Assembly: GCA_963767005.1 (NCBI GenBank)
Contig: CAVYCN010000002.1
Coordinates: forward strand, 192,001-256,000
Source: an uncultured Actinomycetes bacterium
GTDB taxonomy: Bacteria > Actinomycetota > Thermoleophilia > UBA2241
Length of the DNA stretch: 64,000 nucleotides
Direction of reading: 5' to 3'
The notes beneath the pieces are model-generated. The model was not told the DNA's origin and did no database searches. It saw only the letters and a program-made list of their open reading frames with translations. The stretch's first letter is position 1. Every line of letters begins with the position of its first letter. The translations under genes and the position numbers were made by a program. Shown here one piece after another: positions 47,829-60,652 of this stretch.

Positions 47829-48413
47829 GTGAGTCCACTGGTCCCGATGGTGATCGAGCAGACGAGCCGCGGCGAGCGGGCCTTCGACATCTACTCGCGC
47901 CTCCTGAACGAGCGGGTCATCTTCCTCGGCACGCCGGTCAACGACGACATCGCCAACCTCGTGGTCGCCCAGCTCATCCACCTCGAGTCCGACGACCCCG
48001 ACAAGGACATCAGCATCTACATCAACAGCCCGGGCGGCTCGGTCTACGCCGGCCTGGCGATCTACGACACGATGCAGTTCATCAAGCCCGACGTGTCGAC
48101 CATCTGCGTGGGCATCGGCATGAGCATGGGGGCGCTGATCCTGGCCGGCGGCGCCAAGGGCAAGCGTTTCGCGCTGCCCAACGCCAAGATCCTGATCCAT
48201 CAGCTCGCCGGCGGTTTCGAAGGCCAGGCGGCCGACATCGAGATCCACGCGCGCGAGGTCATCCAGGTGCGCAAGACGCTCGACGAGATCCTCTCCAAGC
48301 ACACCGGACAGCCCGTCGAGAAGGTCTCCAAAGACACCGATCGCGACTACTTCATGACGGCTCTCGAGGCCAAGGAGTACGGCATCATCGACGACGTCAT
48401 CTCGCATCGATAG
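47829..48413 (+). CDS. clpP: ATP-dependent Clp protease proteolytic subunit
   Basis: [17 protein letters not shown] serine, IHQ. Confidence 0.96.
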   Translation: MSPLVPMVIEQTSRGERAFDIYSRLLNERVIFLGTPVNDDIANLVVAQLIHLESDDPDKDISIYINSPGGSVYAGLAIYDTMQFIKPDVSTICVGIGMSMGALILAGGAKGKRFALPNAKILIHQLAGGFEGQAADIEIHAREVIQVRKTLDEILSKHTGQPVEKVSKDTDRDYFMTALEAKEYGIIDDVISHR

Positions 48414-48424
48414 GAGGAGTGGGC

Positions 48425-49696
<1,272 letters not shown>

Positions 49697-49737
49697 GCGA
49701 AGGCCGCGACCGGCTGCGCGAGAGCCGGGACCTGGTA

Positions 49738-49777
49738 GACGAGACGGGGGCGGCCCAGCGGCCGCCCCCGTCTCGTC
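49738..49777 (+). terminator. Hairpin after clpX
   Basis: gacgagacgggggcggcc..ggccgcccccgtctcgtc. Confidence 0.7.
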
Positions 49778-49837
49778 CGCACCCGGGGCGGCCGGGTATA
49801 CTTTGCCGGCCTCCAGGACAAGGAACGACGCGAGCCC

Positions 49838-52504
49838 ATGACCGACGACACGAACGACCTGCAGACCCAGACGCGGTTCGAGCCCGGACCCGTCGAGGAG
49901 CGCTGGATGCGGCGCTGGCTCGACGGGCACCTGTTCCACGCCGCGCCCGACCCCGGCCGGCCGGCCTACTCGATGGTCATCCCGCCGCCGAACATCACGG
50001 GCAACCTGCACATGGGTCACGCGTTGAACGACGCCGTCCAGGACGTCCTGACCCGCCACCAGCGCATGCTGGGCGCCGACGCCTGCTGGCTGCTGGGCAC
50101 CGACCACGCCGGCATCGCCACGCAGAACGTGGTCGAGAAGCGGCTGCGCGCCGAGGGGCTCACGAAGGAGGACCTGGGCCGCGAGGAGTTCGTGCGCCGT
50201 GTGTGGGCCTGGCGCGAGCAGTACGGCAACACCATCGTCGGTCAGATCAAGCGCCTCGGCTGCGCCTGCGACTACGAGCGCGAGCGCTTCACGTTCGACG
50301 ACGCCTACGTGCGCGCCGTCGTCAAGGTCTTCGTCGCCCTGCACGCCAAGGGCTACATCTACAAGGACCACTACATCGTCAACTGGTGCCCGCGTTGCGG
50401 CACGGCGATCAGCGATCTCGAGGTCGAGTACGTCGAAGTGGCCGGCCACCTGTACCACGTGCGCTACGAGCTCAAGGGCGGCGGCTCGGTGACGATCGCC
50501 ACGACGCGGCCCGAGACCATGCTGGGAGACACGGCGGTCGCGGTGAACCCCGCCGACGGGCGGTACGCCGGCGTCGTCGGTCGCACGGCGGTGCTGCCGC
50601 TGCTCGGGCGCGAGCTCGCCATCGTGGCCGATGAACGGGTCGACCCTGACTTCGGCACCGGCGCCCTCAAGATCACCCCGGCCCACGACTTGACCGACTT
50701 CGACATCGGCCGCGACCACAGGCTGCCGACGGTGCAGGCGATCGGCCCCGACGGCCGCATCACCGCCGAGGGCGGCCCCTACGCCGGTCTCACGATCGCC
50801 GCGGCGCGCGAGCGCGTGGTCGCCGACCTGCGCGCCGCCGGCGCGCTCGAGAAGGTCGAGGATTACACCCACAGCGTGGCCACCTGCCAGCGCTGCGGCA
50901 CGCACATCGAGCCGCTCATCTCGCTGCAGTGGTTCATGCGCATGGACGAGCTCAAGCGACCGGCCATCGCGGCCGTGCGCGACGGTCGGGTGCGTTTCGT
51001 GCCGGAGCGCTGGGGCCGTGTGTACCTCGACTGGATGGAGAACCTGCGGCCCTGGTGCATCTCGCGCCAGCTCTGGTGGGGTCACCAGCTCCCCGTGTGG
51101 TACTGCGAGAGCGAGGGCTGCGACGAGATGATCGTGGCCGAGCGCGCGCCGCAGGCGTGCCCCGCCTGCGGCGGCACGCGCCTGCGGCGCGAGACCGACG
51201 TGCTCGACACCTGGTTCAGCTCGGCGCTGTGGCCGTTCGCGACCTGGGGCTGGCCCGACGAGACGCCGGACCTCGCCTACTTCTACCCGACCAGCGTGCT
51301 CAGCACGGCGCGCGACATCATCTTCCTGTGGGTCGCGCGCATGATCATGATGGGTCTCGAGTTCAGGGGCGAGGTGCCCTTCCGCGACGTCTACATCCAC
51401 TCGGTGATCCAGGCGGCCGACGGCCGGCGCATGAGCAAGTCGCTCGGCACCGGCATCGACCCGCTCGAGATGATCGACAAGTACGGCGCCGACGCGACGC
51501 GCTTCGGCCTGCTGCTCATGTCGAGCAGCCAGGACGTGCGCTTCTCCGAAGAGAAGATCGCGATGGGCCGCAACTTCGCCAACAAGCTCTGGAACGCCGG
51601 GCGCCTCGTGCTGCTCGCAGCCGACGGCGCCGCGCCGGCCCGGTCCGACGACGACCCGGTCGACCGCTGGATCACGAGCCGCCTGGCGCGGGCTACGGCG
51701 GCCGTGCGCGAGGCGCTCGACGGCTACGCCTTCTCGGTCGCGGTCGACGAGCTCTACCACTTCGTCTGGGACGAGGTCTGCGACTGGTACCTCGAGCTCG
51801 TGAAGGCGCGTCTCTACAGCGACGACGCCGCCACGCGCGCCGGCGCCGCCGGACACGCCATGTACGTCCTCGACGGCGTCGTGCGGCTGCTGCACCCCTT
51901 CCTGCCGTTCGTGACCGAGGAGATCGCCGCGCACTACGGCGCGGCGCCGCTGCTCGTAGGCCCTTACGCGGTGGCCGCCGAGAGCGACCGCCGGCCTGCC
52001 GACGAAGCCGACCTCGATCGTCTGCGCGCCGCCGTGCAGGCCCTGCGCGCCTACCGCGCCGACCACCGTATCGCCCCCGGCGAGGTGCTGGGCGCGACGT
52101 TCGTGGCCGACGCCGGCGATCCGGCGGGCGACGGCGCGACGGCGCTCTACGGGTCGTTCGCCTTCGCCTTCAGAGCGCTCGCCAGGGTCGAGCTCGCGCC
52201 GGCGGGCGCCGGGCCGGCCGCGGCGGTCGCGACCGGCGCCGACGCCGACACGGCCGTCGTGCTCGTGCCCGGCGGGCGCGTCGAGGTGGCGGCGCCGACC
52301 GTCGATCGCAGCGAGGAGCTGCGCCGCCTGCGCGCCCAGCTCGAACGGCTCGAGGGCGAGGTGCGCCGCAGCGAGGCCAAGCTGGCCAACGCCGGCTTCG
52401 CCGAGCGCGCCCCCGCCGCCGTGATCGACAAGGAGCGCGCCAAGCTCGCCGCCTACAGCGCCGACCGCGACGAGCTCGCGGCGCGCCTCGCCGGCCTCTC
52501 CTAG
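49838..52504 (+). CDS. valS: Valine-tRNA ligase
   Basis: PPPNITGNLHMGH, WCISRQLWWGH, DTWFSS, MSKS; C-terminal coiled coil. Confidence 0.96.
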   Translation: MTDDTNDLQTQTRFEPGPVEERWMRRWLDGHLFHAAPDPGRPAYSMVIPPPNITGNLHMGHALNDAVQDVLTRHQRMLGADACWLLGTDHAGIATQNVVEKRLRAEGLTKEDLGREEFVRRVWAWREQYGNTIVGQIKRLGCACDYERERFTFDDAYVRAVVKVFVALHAKGYIYKDHYIVNWCPRCGTAISDLEVEYVEVAGHLYHVRYELKGGGSVTIATTRPETMLGDTAVAVNPADGRYAGVVGRTAVLPLLGRELAIVADERVDPDFGTGALKITPAHDLTDFDIGRDHRLPTVQAIGPDGRITAEGGPYAGLTIAAARERVVADLRAAGALEKVEDYTHSVATCQRCGTHIEPLISLQWFMRMDELKRPAIAAVRDGRVRFVPERWGRVYLDWMENLRPWCISRQLWWGHQLPVWYCESEGCDEMIVAERAPQACPACGGTRLRRETDVLDTWFSSALWPFATWGWPDETPDLAYFYPTSVLSTARDIIFLWVARMIMMGLEFRGEVPFRDVYIHSVIQAADGRRMSKSLGTGIDPLEMIDKYGADATRFGLLLMSSSQDVRFSEEKIAMGRNFANKLWNAGRLVLLAADGAAPARSDDDPVDRWITSRLARATAAVREALDGYAFSVAVDELYHFVWDEVCDWYLELVKARLYSDDAATRAGAAGHAMYVLDGVVRLLHPFLPFVTEEIAAHYGAAPLLVGPYAVAAESDRRPADEADLDRLRAAVQALRAYRADHRIAPGEVLGATFVADAGDPAGDGATALYGSFAFAFRALARVELAPAGAGPAAAVATGADADTAVVLVPGGRVEVAAPTVDRSEELRRLRAQLERLEGEVRRSEAKLANAGFAERAPAAVIDKERAKLAAYSADRDELAARLAGLS

Positions 52505-52518
52505 GGGGCGCGACGGCG

Positions 52519-53826
52519 GTGGGCGCCGGCGGCCGCGGCGGCGGCTGGCAGGACTACCTTCACTCGCTGGCCGTCTTTGGCATGCGGCCCGGTCTCGAGC
52601 GCGTGGCGGCGTTGCTCGCTCGCCTCGATCACCCCGAGCATACGTTTCGCGCCGTCCACGTCGTCGGCACCAACGGCAAGTCCTCGACCACCCGGTACGC
52701 GGCGGCGATCCTGCGCGAGGCCGGGCTGCGCGCCGGCGCCTACCTGTCGCCGCACATCACCGGCTTTAACGAGCGGGTGCTCGTCGACGGCCGGCCGATC
52801 GCCGCCGCCCGGCTGGGGGCGGCCGTCGAGCTCGTGCGTGCCGAGTGCGGGCGGTTGCCGGCCGAGCTCGGCGACTGCACGCAGTTCGAGGTGCTGACCG
52901 TGGCCGCCCTCGCGGCGCTGCGCGAGGCCGGGGTGCGGGCGGCCGCGATCGAGGCGGGGCTGGGCGGCCGTCTCGACGCCACCAACGTGCTCGCCGCGCC
53001 GGTCGTCGTGCTCACCACGATCGGCCTCGAGCACACTGCCGTGCTGGGCGACACCCGCGAGCTGATCTTCGCCGAGAAGGCGGCCGTGATAGGGCGCGGC
53101 GCCGACGCGGTGTTCGGGCCGCTCGAGGGCCTCGAGGGCGCGGCCGAGCAAGCCTGCGCCCGCGCCCGCGCCCGCGCCCACCTGTTCGGCCGCGACGTCA
53201 TCGTCGAGGGGGAGCCCACGGCCTTCTCGGTGACCGTCGGCGGCGAGCGCTTCGCCGATCTCGCCGTGCCGACTCCCGCGCGCTACCAGACGGTCAACGC
53301 CGGCCTCGCCGTGGCGGCCTGCCGGCTCCTGCTCGGTGCGCTCGAGCCGGCGACGGCGCGCGCGGCTCTCGCCGCCACGGCGGTGCCCGGCCGTCTGCAG
53401 GTGGCCGGGCGCCGCCCGCTGCTGCTCGCCGACGGCGCCCACAACCCCGACGGCGTGCGGGCGCTGTCCGGCGCGTTGCAGGCGCTCGTCCGGCCGGCGC
53501 CGCGCGTGGGAGTCTTCGCCGTAATGGCCGACAAGGCGGTCGACGAGATGCTGGCCGGTCTCGTGCCGCTCGTCGACCGCGTCGTCTGCACGAGGGCGAG
53601 CGAGCCGCGCAGCCTGAGCGGCGACGCGCTTGCGGAGCGCGTGCGGCGCGTCGCCGCCGCGACCGGCGCCGACGTTCGCGTCGAGGACGACCCGCACGCC
53701 GCCGTCGCTCTCGCCCGCGGTCTGGCGGGGCCGTCGGGCTCGGTGCTCGTGGCTGGGTCGCTCTACCTGCTCGCCGACCTGGCCGACCTGCTCGCCCCGG
53801 CCGGCCGGGGCGGTGCGGTATACTAG
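52519..53826 (+). CDS. folC: Dihydrofolate synthase / folylpolyglutamate synthase
   Basis: GTNGKSS, SPH, EAGLGGRLDATN, DGAHNP, GSLYL. Confidence 0.92.
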   Translation: MGAGGRGGGWQDYLHSLAVFGMRPGLERVAALLARLDHPEHTFRAVHVVGTNGKSSTTRYAAAILREAGLRAGAYLSPHITGFNERVLVDGRPIAAARLGAAVELVRAECGRLPAELGDCTQFEVLTVAALAALREAGVRAAAIEAGLGGRLDATNVLAAPVVVLTTIGLEHTAVLGDTRELIFAEKAAVIGRGADAVFGPLEGLEGAAEQACARARARAHLFGRDVIVEGEPTAFSVTVGGERFADLAVPTPARYQTVNAGLAVAACRLLLGALEPATARAALAATAVPGRLQVAGRRPLLLADGAHNPDGVRALSGALQALVRPAPRVGVFAVMADKAVDEMLAGLVPLVDRVVCTRASEPRSLSGDALAERVRRVAAATGADVRVEDDPHAAVALARGLAGPSGSVLVAGSLYLLADLADLLAPAGRGGAVY

Positions 53827-53877
53827 CCGACGATCGACTCCGTCGTGGTCGCTCAGGCTGGCGCGACTTCGTCGCGC
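53824..53877 (+). repeat. Dispersed ~55-bp intergenic repeat, copy 2
   Basis: tagccgacgatcgactccgtcgtggtcgctcaggctggcgcgacttcgtcgcgc. Confidence 0.6.
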
Positions 53878-53916
53878 AGCTCGTCGGCAACCCGCTGGAC
53901 CGTGGAGGCGTAGACC

Positions 53917-54045
53917 GTGGCCCGAGGCTCCTCAAGCCTTATCGTGCGACTGCTCCTGTGGCTGCTGTTCCTGGCCGCCGCCGCCGTCGTCGCCTTTTTC
54001 GTGGGGTACCTGCTCGGGCCGTACGTGGTCACGCACGTGCTGTAG
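53917..54045 (+). CDS. 42-aa single-TM small protein
   Basis: GGAGG RBS, GTG start; MARGSSSLIVRLLLWLLFLAAAAVVAFFVGYLLGPYVVTHVL. Confidence 0.6.
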   Translation: MARGSSSLIVRLLLWLLFLAAAAVVAFFVGYLLGPYVVTHVL

Positions 54046-54326
54046 GCACCGCCGCTCGGCCTGCGGCGATCGCCGCGGGCCGGCCCGCCCGCGACATGTC
54101 CCGTCGACCGCTTCCTGAAGGGTTGCGCGGGTGACGTCGCGAACCTAACCGCGGACTCGTTCGTCGCGACGGTCGGGTATGATGGTCAAGCCGACCGGTC
54201 GTGCGACGGACCGCCCGCCGGACGTATTCCGGCCTCTCGGGGCCGGTCGGCAGACTGCGGAAAGGTTCAAACGATGCCGTGGCGGAGCGTCGGGGTCGAC
54301 GCCCGGCCGCGCGAGAAGGAGAGGAC

Positions 54327-54842
54327 GTGCCAAGCCGTCTGCTCGTCGCCGCTTCCGATTCGACCGACCCGTTCGGCTCCATCAAGAGCTTCTTCCACTC
54401 GTCGACCTGGCACTTCGCCGTGCTCATGTTCTGGTTCTTCCTCGCGGTCGTGTGGCTCTCGTGCGCTTACTGGGTGTACAAAGACGCCCGGCGCCGCATC
54501 GACGACCGCATCGTCATCATCGTGGCGGTGCTCACGGGTCTCGTGTTCGGCCCGTTCGGCCTGTTCGTGTACGCCATCCTGCGGCCGCCCGAGTACCTCG
54601 AAGACGCCCGCGAGCGTGAGCTCGAGATGCGCATGCTCGAGCAGCGCCTCGACGGCGACACGCGCTGCCCCTTCTGCAAGACTCCCGTGAAAGACGACTT
54701 CCTCGTCTGCCCGCACTGCATGCGGCGCCTGCGCGAGGTCTGCTCGAGCTGCCACCGCCCGGTCGAACCGGGCTGGCGCATCTGTCCGTACTGCGAAAAG
54801 CAGATCCCGCAGGCGCAGGCGCTCGGGCTCGAGATCAGCTGA
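54327..54842 (+). CDS. Membrane protein with double zinc ribbon
   Basis: Two TM helices around WVYKDARRR and LRPPE; CPFC, CPHC, CSSC, CPYC. Confidence 0.8.
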   Translation: MPSRLLVAASDSTDPFGSIKSFFHSSTWHFAVLMFWFFLAVVWLSCAYWVYKDARRRIDDRIVIIVAVLTGLVFGPFGLFVYAILRPPEYLEDARERELEMRMLEQRLDGDTRCPFCKTPVKDDFLVCPHCMRRLREVCSSCHRPVEPGWRICPYCEKQIPQAQALGLEIS

Positions 54843-54961
54843 CGACGACGGCGCGCCGGCCGGGACCGGCGTGACCGTGACGATCGGCCGGGCGGCGGCC
54901 CCGGGCCCGCGGGCCCGGGGCCGCCGCCCGGCCACATCCGCGACAGCGAAAGGAAGCAGCG

Positions 54962-55375
54962 GTGGAACGGACCTTCATCATGGTCAAGCCCGACGGCGTG
55001 CGCCTGCGCCTCGTCGGTGAGGTGGTAGGGCGCTTCGAGCGGCGCGGCTTCACGCTGCGCGCCATGAAGGCGCTGCACATCGACCGCGACCTGGCGACGC
55101 GGCACTATGCCGAGCACGTCGGCAAGCCCTTCTTCGAGCCGCTGGTCGAGTTCATCACCTCGGGCCCGGTCGTGGCCATGGTGTGGGAGGGGCGCGACGC
55201 GATCTCGGTGGCGCGCGCCATGCTGGGCACGACCGACGCGGCCCAGGCGGCGCCCGGCACGATCCGCGGCGACTTCTCGCTGTCCAAGGAGCAGAACGTC
55301 GTGCATGGTTCCGACGGGCCCGAGAGCGCGGCCCGCGAGATCGCGCTGTTCTTCGCCGACGACGAGCTCGTCTGA
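54962..55375 (+). CDS. ndk: Nucleoside diphosphate kinase
   Basis: [26 protein letters not shown]. Confidence 0.96.
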   Translation: MERTFIMVKPDGVRLRLVGEVVGRFERRGFTLRAMKALHIDRDLATRHYAEHVGKPFFEPLVEFITSGPVVAMVWEGRDAISVARAMLGTTDAAQAAPGTIRGDFSLSKEQNVVHGSDGPESAAREIALFFADDELV

Positions 55376-55418
55376 GCCTTCGTCCGCGACGACGAGCTCG
55401 TCCCACCCGCGCCGCCAC

Positions 55419-56075
55419 GTGGCCGCCACGCCGCCCGACCCGCTCCTGGTCCTCGCCTCGCGCTCGCCCCAGCGCCGCGCCATCCTTAACCAGCTCGGCC
55501 TGCCGTTTCGCGTCACGCCGAGCCGGCACGACGAGACCGTCGTCCCCGGCGACCCGGTGGCGACGGTGGTCGACAACGCCCGCGGCAAGGCCGCCGAGGT
55601 GGCCGGGCGCGCGCCCGGCGGCGGCGGCGCCTCCGGCGACGGGCCTGCCGGCGGCGGCGCCTCCGCCGACGGGCCCGCCCCGCTCGTGCTCGGCGTCGAC
55701 ACCGTCGTCGTGCTCGGCGAGCGGGTGCTCGGCAAGGCGGCGTCGACGGCCGAGGCGGCGGCGTACCTCGAGGCCCTGTCGGGCCGCACCCACGACGTCT
55801 ACAGCGGCATCTGGCTGATCGGCCCGGAGGGTCGCGCAATCGCTGCCCACGCGGTGACGGCGGTGACCTTCCGGTCGTTGCCGGCCGCGGCGATCGCCGC
55901 CTACGTGGCGAGCGGGGAGTGGCGCGAGCGCGCCGGCGCCTACGCCATCCAGGGCCTCGGCTCGGCCTTGGTCACGGCGATCGCGGGCGACTACTGGAAC
56001 GTGGTCGGCCTGCCCGTGCCGCGGCTGCTCGATGCCCTCGAGACGTTCGGCCTGAGCCCGTTCTCATGGCTGTAG
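55419..56075 (+). CDS. maf: Maf nucleotide pyrophosphatase
   Basis: LASRSPQRR, GVDTVV, LGK, AGAYAIQG, NVVGLP. Confidence 0.9.
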   Translation: MAATPPDPLLVLASRSPQRRAILNQLGLPFRVTPSRHDETVVPGDPVATVVDNARGKAAEVAGRAPGGGGASGDGPAGGGASADGPAPLVLGVDTVVVLGERVLGKAASTAEAAAYLEALSGRTHDVYSGIWLIGPEGRAIAAHAVTAVTFRSLPAAAIAAYVASGEWRERAGAYAIQGLGSALVTAIAGDYWNVVGLPVPRLLDALETFGLSPFSWL

Positions 56076-56162
56076 GCGGCCGGCGATTCCGTTTGGCTCC
56101 GCTCGGAGCGGCGTGTAGTATGGATGGTCGAACCCGATGAACCCGATCGAAAGGAGCACGTC

Positions 56163-57209
<1,047 letters not shown>

Positions 57210-57220
57210 GGGTCCCCGCC

Positions 57221-57276
57221 TAGTGCCGACGCTCGACTTCGTCGTCGCCGCCCAGGCCGGCGTGACTTCTTCGCGC
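57221..57276 (+). repeat. Dispersed ~55-bp intergenic repeat, copy 3
   Basis: tagtgccgacgctcgacttcgtcgtcgccgcccaggccggcgtgacttcttcgcgc. Confidence 0.7.
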
Positions 57277-57281
57277 CCCTA

Positions 57282-58112
57282 GTGGCTCGTCAGCGCGCCC
57301 TGCGGCGGCGCATCGTCGTCGCCACCCTGGTCCTGCTCTCCGTCGCTCTGCTCACGGTGTACTTCCGCGAGTCGTCCGACGGGCCGGTGCACCGGCTCGA
57401 AGCGACGACCATGAACGTCGTCGCGCCGCTGCAGTCAGGCACGGCGCGTCTCATCCAGCCCTTCCGCGGCGGCTGGAACTGGGTGACCCGGCTGTTCAGC
57501 GCGCAGTCGCAGAACCGCGCGCTGCGCTCCGAGGTGCAGCAGCTGCGCTCGCAGCTCGCCCAGGAGCTCGTCGTCCAGCAGCAGGACGCCGAGCTCAAGG
57601 GGATAGCCAAGATGGCCGCCTCGCCGATCTTCCCCAAGGGCGCGCGCTTCGCCCAGGCCCGCGTGATCGCGCGATCGCCGACGGTGTGGTACTCGACCGT
57701 GACGATCGACGCCGGCAGCGACCAGGGTGTCCGCGTGAACGACGCGGTCGTGAACGGCCAGGGTCTCGTCGGGCGCGTGTCGGCGGTCACGCCGGCCGCC
57801 TCCGAGGTGACCCTGATCACCGACCAGGACAGCTACGTCGACGCCATGGCCGTGCCCAACCTCGCCCAGGGCCTCGTCGCCGGCAGCGTGACCGGCGACG
57901 TCACCATGCAGTACGTCGACCGCTCCGAGAAGGTCGTGGCCGGGCAGGTGGTCGTGACGAGCGGCATGCAGAGCTCGATCTTCACGCGCGGCATCCCGAT
58001 CGGGCAGGTCTCGGCCGTGGCCCAGCAGGACGTCGAGCTCTACCAGAGCATCTCGGTCACGCCGTACGTCGACTTCCACACCCTCGACCTCGTGATGGTG
58101 GTGCTGCCGTGA
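57282..58112 (+). CDS. mreC: Rod shape-determining protein MreC
   Basis: TM helix, coiled coil, IDAGSDQGV, GLVGRV, GIPIG. Confidence 0.92.
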   Translation: MARQRALRRRIVVATLVLLSVALLTVYFRESSDGPVHRLEATTMNVVAPLQSGTARLIQPFRGGWNWVTRLFSAQSQNRALRSEVQQLRSQLAQELVVQQQDAELKGIAKMAASPIFPKGARFAQARVIARSPTVWYSTVTIDAGSDQGVRVNDAVVNGQGLVGRVSAVTPAASEVTLITDQDSYVDAMAVPNLAQGLVAGSVTGDVTMQYVDRSEKVVAGQVVVTSGMQSSIFTRGIPIGQVSAVAQQDVELYQSISVTPYVDFHTLDLVMVVLP

Positions 58113-58666
58113 GGCAGCGCGTGCCGGCGATCGAGAAGCCCGCCGAGGGGCCCCACATCGCGCTCGAGCTCGGCCGTCTCGCGGTGCTGCTCGTCGTGGC
58201 CACGCTGCTCCAGACGGCCGTGGCGGCGAACGTCCGCATCATCGGCGCCAACCCCGACTTCGCGCTGCTCATCGTGGTCGCCGTCGCCCTCCTGCGCGGC
58301 GCCGAGGTCGGCGCGATCTTCGGCTTTGTGACCGGCGGCATCGTGTCGATTGCGCTGTTCGAGCCGCCGGGCGTGCGCTCGCTCGCGCTCGTCGCCGTCG
58401 GCTTCCTCGCCGGCCGCTACGCCGAGACGGCCGATCTATCGCCCAACGTGGCGCCGATCGTCTCGGTGTTCGTCGGGACGCTGATCGCCGGGACCCTGTC
58501 GCTGATCGCCCAGTTCCTGCTGGGCCGCGAGGCGCCGCTCGTGTACCTCGTCGACCACTGGCTCGTCCCGGTCCTCATCCTCAACTGCCTGCTGGCCGTG
58601 CCGCTCTACGTGGCGACGCGGTGGTGGCTGAAGGGAGAGTGGCATGTCCGGATATCAGAGACGTAG
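58109..58666 (+). CDS. mreD: Rod shape-determining protein MreD
   Basis: Hydrophobic; PDFALL..GAIFGFVTG; lies between mreC and mrdA. Confidence 0.85.
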   Translation: MRQRVPAIEKPAEGPHIALELGRLAVLLVVATLLQTAVAANVRIIGANPDFALLIVVAVALLRGAEVGAIFGFVTGGIVSIALFEPPGVRSLALVAVGFLAGRYAETADLSPNVAPIVSVFVGTLIAGTLSLIAQFLLGREAPLVYLVDHWLVPVLILNCLLAVPLYVATRWWLKGEWHVRISET

Positions 58667-60647
58667 CCGGCCCGGCGCCGACCGCCACTGGATCCGCACG
58701 GCGCGCGGCGACCGGGTGGTGCAGCCGCCGTCGGTCGCGCTGCGCGTCGTGCTGCTCGCCACGCTCGCGGTCTGCCTGATCGGCATCATCGTCTTCCGCC
58801 TCTGGTTCCTGCAGATCCTGTCGGCCCAGCAGTACGTCGCCCAGGCCAACGACAACCGCCTGCGCACGGTGACCGTGCTCGCGCCCCGCGGCACGATCCT
58901 CGACAGCACCGGCAAGGTGCTCGTCGACAACCGGCCCGGTCTCGCCGTCGGCATCAGGCCGATGGATGTGCCGGCCGGTCCCGGGCAGCTCGACCACCTG
59001 GTCGTGCGCCTTGCCCGGCTGCTCGACATGCACCCCTACGAGGTCCGGCAGGCGCTGGTGCGCCAGGTGGGCGTGCCCTGGAAGCAGGTCGTGGCCGGCC
59101 AGGGCATCCAGTACGACTTCGTGACGGTCAAGCAGGACACGAGCCGGCGGACCGTCTCGTACCTGCTCGAGCACACCCAGTTCTACCCCGGCGTCGAGGT
59201 GCGCCAGAACTACCTGCGCGACTACCCGCTGGGCGACCTCGGCGCGCATCTGCTCGGCAGCCTCGGCGAGATCAGCCAGCAGGAGCTCACCGAGCCGTCC
59301 TTCCACGGCTACAAGGCGGGCGACGTGGTGGGTCAGTCGGGCGTCGAGTACACCTACGACCGCTGGCTGCGCGGCGTGAACGGCTCGGTGCGGGTCGAGG
59401 TCGACGCCAGCGGCAAGCCCAAGCAGGTCGTGCCGGGCGGGACCCTGCCGCAGGCGGGCGACAACCTCGAGCTCACGATCGACGCGCGGGTGCAGCGCGC
59501 CGCCGAGAACGCCCTGAACTACGGCGTCGAGCTCGCCCACGAGAACGGTGAACTTGCCGCCGACGGCGGCGCGGCGGTCGTGCTCGACGCCCACACCGGC
59601 GCCGTGATCGCCATGGCGAGCGACCCGACGTACGACCCGGCGTGGCTCGTCGGCAGCGTCTCCCAGAAGCACTGGCGCAAGCTGAACGTCAAAGCCGCCC
59701 CCATGCTCGACCGTACGATCCAGGGGCAGTACCCGATGGGCTCGACGTTCAAGGTCATCGACTCCGTCGCCGCCCTCGAGAACGGCGTGCTTTCGCCGAG
59801 CACGATCATCGACTGCGGCCCGACCTACACGCCGCCGCACACGACCGGCGGGCTGACCTGGAAGGACTGGACGTATCCGAGCGGCTTCGGCCCGATCGAC
59901 ATCACGCAGGCCCTCGCCCAGTCGTGCGACGTGTTCTTCTACAACGTCGGCTACGACTTCTACCGGCAGAAGGGTGAGGGGCTCGAGGACTGGGCCAAGC
60001 GCCTCGGACTGGGGCACCCGACCGGCATCGACCTGCCCGGCGAGGTCGCCGGCCTCGTGCCGACGCCCGAGTGGAAGGACCAGGCCTTCACCAAGAAGAC
60101 CGACCCGAAGGGCTGGCAGATCGACCGCATCTGGAAGCCGGGCGACTCGATCAACCTGGCGATCGGCCAGGGCAACCTCGAGGCGACGCCCATGCAGGCC
60201 GCCGTCGCCTACGCGGCCATCGCCAACGGCGGCTACCAGGTGACGCCCCACCTGGGCGCCAAGATCCTCGACACGCACGGCGACCTCGTGCGCCGCGTGC
60301 CCTACGCGAAGCCCAGGCGACTCAGTATCTCCACCGAGACCCTCAGCGTGATCCAGAACGCCCTGCACGAGGGCGCGAGCACGCCGACCGGCACCTCGTA
60401 CCCGGTGTTCGGCCACTATCCGGTCCAGGTCGCGGGCAAGACCGGCACCGCCCAGGTCTTCGGGCAGAGCGACTACGCCTGGTACTGCAGCTACGCGCCG
60501 GCCAACGACCCGAAGTACGTGGTCGTCGTCATGATCCAGCAGGGCGGCCACGGCGGCGTGAGCGCCGCGCCGGCCGCCCGCATGATCTACGACGCCCTCT
60601 TCCACCTGAAGGTCACAGAGTCGACCGGCGCCGTGCACAGCGACTAG
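58644..60647 (+). CDS. mrdA: Penicillin-binding protein 2
   Basis: APRGTILD, STFK, SCD, KTGTA. Confidence 0.93.
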   Translation: MSGYQRRSRPGADRHWIRTARGDRVVQPPSVALRVVLLATLAVCLIGIIVFRLWFLQILSAQQYVAQANDNRLRTVTVLAPRGTILDSTGKVLVDNRPGLAVGIRPMDVPAGPGQLDHLVVRLARLLDMHPYEVRQALVRQVGVPWKQVVAGQGIQYDFVTVKQDTSRRTVSYLLEHTQFYPGVEVRQNYLRDYPLGDLGAHLLGSLGEISQQELTEPSFHGYKAGDVVGQSGVEYTYDRWLRGVNGSVRVEVDASGKPKQVVPGGTLPQAGDNLELTIDARVQRAAENALNYGVELAHENGELAADGGAAVVLDAHTGAVIAMASDPTYDPAWLVGSVSQKHWRKLNVKAAPMLDRTIQGQYPMGSTFKVIDSVAALENGVLSPSTIIDCGPTYTPPHTTGGLTWKDWTYPSGFGPIDITQALAQSCDVFFYNVGYDFYRQKGEGLEDWAKRLGLGHPTGIDLPGEVAGLVPTPEWKDQAFTKKTDPKGWQIDRIWKPGDSINLAIGQGNLEATPMQAAVAYAAIANGGYQVTPHLGAKILDTHGDLVRRVPYAKPRRLSISTETLSVIQNALHEGASTPTGTSYPVFGHYPVQVAGKTGTAQVFGQSDYAWYCSYAPANDPKYVVVVMIQQGGHGGVSAAPAARMIYDALFHLKVTESTGAVHSD

Positions 60648-60652
60648 GCGTG

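Noticed and set aside
55352-55402. Short duplication of cgacgacgagctcgtc at the ndk 3' end
   Set aside because: A 16-bp local duplication with no evident function.
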